Shown here: positions 62,201-64,000 of the stretch, piece after piece | Numbering within the stretch: the first letter of the stretch is position 1 | How the letters are laid out: every line of letters begins with the position of its first letter | Assembly (NCBI GenBank): GCA_964035545.1 | Contig: CAXIUT010000230.1 | Span: 62,001 to 126,000 of the forward strand | DNA length: 64,000 nucleotides | Source of the DNA: Bugula neritina | Lineage: Eukaryota > Animalia > Bryozoa | Direction of reading: 5' to 3' | The notes under the pieces: model-generated | Seen by the model: only the letters and a program-made list of their open reading frames with translations | Database searches by the model: none | What the model was told of the DNA's origin: nothing | Made by a program: the position numbers and the translations under genes

Positions 62201-64000
62201 CAACATACTGCAACATACTAAAATATACTGCAACATACTGAAATACACTGCAAAATACTGAAATACACTTTAACATACTGAAATATACTGCAACATACTG
62301 AAATACACTGCTACATACTGAAATATACTGCAACATACTGCAACATACTGCAACATACTAAAATACACTGTAACATATTGAAATACACTGCAACACATTG
62401 AAATATACTGCAAAATACTGAAATACACTGCTACATACTGAAATATACTGCGACACACTGCAACATACTGCAACATACTAAAATATACTGCAACATACTG
62501 AAATACACTGCAAAATACTGAAATACACTGTAACATACTGAAATATACTGCAACATACTGAAATACATTGCTACATACTGAAATATACTGCAACACACTG
62601 CAACATACTGCAACATACTAAAATATACTGCAACATACTGAAATATACTGCAACATACTAAAATACACTGTAACATATTGAAATACACTGCAACACATTG
62701 AAATATACTGCAATGTACCGAAATATATGGTAAACTACTGAAATATACTGTCACACATTGAAAAATACTGCAACATACTGAAATATACTGCGACACATTG
62801 CAATATACTGTAACATACTGAAATATGCTGTAGCACACTGAAATACACTGCAACTCACTGAAATATACTGCAACATACTGAAATACACTTCAACACATTG
62901 AAATATACTGCAACATACTGAAATACAGTGCTACATACTGAAATATACTGCAACATACTGCAACATAGTGAAATACACTGTAACATACTGAAATACGCTG
63001 CAACATACTACAACATATTGAAATACACTGCAACACATTGAAATATACTGTAATATACCTAAATATACGGTAATATACCAAAATATACTGTAACACATTT
63101 AAAAAAACTGCAACATACTGAAATACACTGCAACACACTGAAATACACTGCAAAATACTGTAACACACTGAAATATACTGCAATACACTGCTACATACTG
63201 CAACATACTAAAATATACTGCAATATACTGAAATACACTGCAAAATACTGAAATACACTTTAACATACTGAAATATACTGCAACATACTGAAATACACTG
63301 CTACATACTGAAATATACTGCAACACACTGCAACATACTGCAACATACTAAAATACACTGTAACATATTGAAATACATTGCAACACATTGAAATATACTG
63401 CAAAATACTGAAATACACTGCTACATACTGAAATATACTGCGACACACTGCAACATACTGCAACATACTAAAATATACTGCAACATACTGAAATACACTG
63501 CTAAATACTGAAATACACTGTAACATACTGAAATACACTGCAAAATACTACAACATATTGAAATACACTGCAATACATTGAAATATACTGCAACATACCT
63601 AAATATACGGTAATATGCTGAAATATACTGTAACACATTGAAAAATACTACAAAATACTGAAATACACTGCAACATACTACAACATACTGAAATACGCTG
63701 TAATACATTGAAATACACTGCAACACATTGAAATATACTGTAACGCGCTGAAACATACTGTAACTCACTGAAACATAGTGTAATATACGGAAATGTACTG
63801 TAAAGTACTGGAATATACTGTAACATACTGAAATATACTGCAACATACTGAAATACACTGTAACATACTGAATTATACTGCAACATCCTGCAACATACTG
63901 AAATACACTGTAACATACTGAAATACACTGCAACACACTGCAACATACTGCAACATACTAAAATATACTGCAACATACTGAAATACACTGCAAAATACTG
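59290..64000. repeat. 2744-bp higher-order repeat, one full copy plus a partial second copy running off the window end
   Basis: ORF pairs 59365/62109, 59687/62431, 60146/62890 and 60677/63421 are identical. Private variants GGTAATATGCTG, TGAAACATAGTG and TGTAAAGTACTGG occur in both copies only. Confidence 0.9.

Larger units (their letters stand above)
1..64000. repeat. Tandem satellite DNA array with a 10-bp monomer (A: TGAAATAYAC; B: TGYAACAYAC), about 6400 monomers, single orientation, extending beyond both window edges
   Basis: Every 10-bp block is a variant of TG(A/C/T)AA(T/C)A(T/C)AC. A typical 40-mer is TGAAATATAC TGCAACATAC TGAAATACAC TGTAACATAC. No non-satellite interruption or inversion was seen. 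The + strand is A/C-rich with about one G per monomer. Confidence 0.99.

Noticed and set aside
173-63988. Hundreds of minus-strand ORFs (62-309 aa) rich in C/Y/V/S/F/Q, resembling membrane or Cys-rich repeat proteins
   Set aside because: They are translation artefacts. The reverse complement of the consensus has no stop codon, and stops arise only from CTA/TTA/TCA variants. Because 10 and 20 are not multiples of 3, all three overlapping frames give the same cyclic peptide (YFSMLQYISVCCSIFQYVAV). There is no unique domain or codon-position bias. The plus strand has TGA/TAA in most monomers.
1-64000. CRISPR array or other repeat-spacer system
   Set aside because: There are no unique spacers, since all intervening sequence is the same monomer family, and no cas or other genes are present.
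1-64000. Telomeric repeat tract or telomerase product
   Set aside because: There are no G-runs on either strand, the monomers are heterogeneous, and variants are inherited in multi-kb blocks. This points to recombinational amplification rather than templated addition.
1-64000. Fungal RIP-like signature (CpA to TpA, TpG to TpA) among common variants
   Set aside because: Most Cs lie in CpA context by construction, CpT sites also vary, and near-identical multi-kb duplicates persist unmutated, which is incompatible with active RIP. Ordinary transition bias is sufficient.
1-64000. Assignment to a named satellite family or species; promoter-like TATA motifs
   Set aside because: I do not recognise the monomer with confidence and cannot run a Dfam, Repbase or BLAST search. 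TATA-like strings are simply part of monomer A.

Overview
The whole 64-kb window is one uninterrupted, single-orientation satellite DNA array, most likely eukaryotic heterochromatin or a (peri)centromere. I cannot identify the organism or assign a named satellite family. It is built from a 10-bp monomer in two main forms, A = TGAAATAYAC and B = TGYAACAYAC, which mostly alternate. I found no genes, RNA genes, transposons, CRISPR arrays or unique sequence. All listed ORFs are minus-strand translation artefacts of the repeat. The real structure is a nested hierarchy: 10 bp, 20/40 bp, ~120 bp, two paralogous multi-kb units (X ~2.5 kb, Y ~3.5 kb), recombinant or tandem higher-order repeats (1090, 2744, 3884, 5347 bp), and multi-kb copies at offsets of ~6.7, 24.3, 28.6, 30.0 and 35.4 kb. 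The 10-bp register is broken only by 18 copies of one TGCA insertion and 4 single-base deletions. The most unusual observations are (i) the monomer is a cryptic palindrome whose minus-strand RNA would self-pair through G-U wobbles, (ii) a recurring 17-bp dyad box, TACC-N9-GGTA, and (iii) a duplication history that can be reconstructed from diagnostic variants. Block boundaries were read by eye and are approximate to a few tens of bp.
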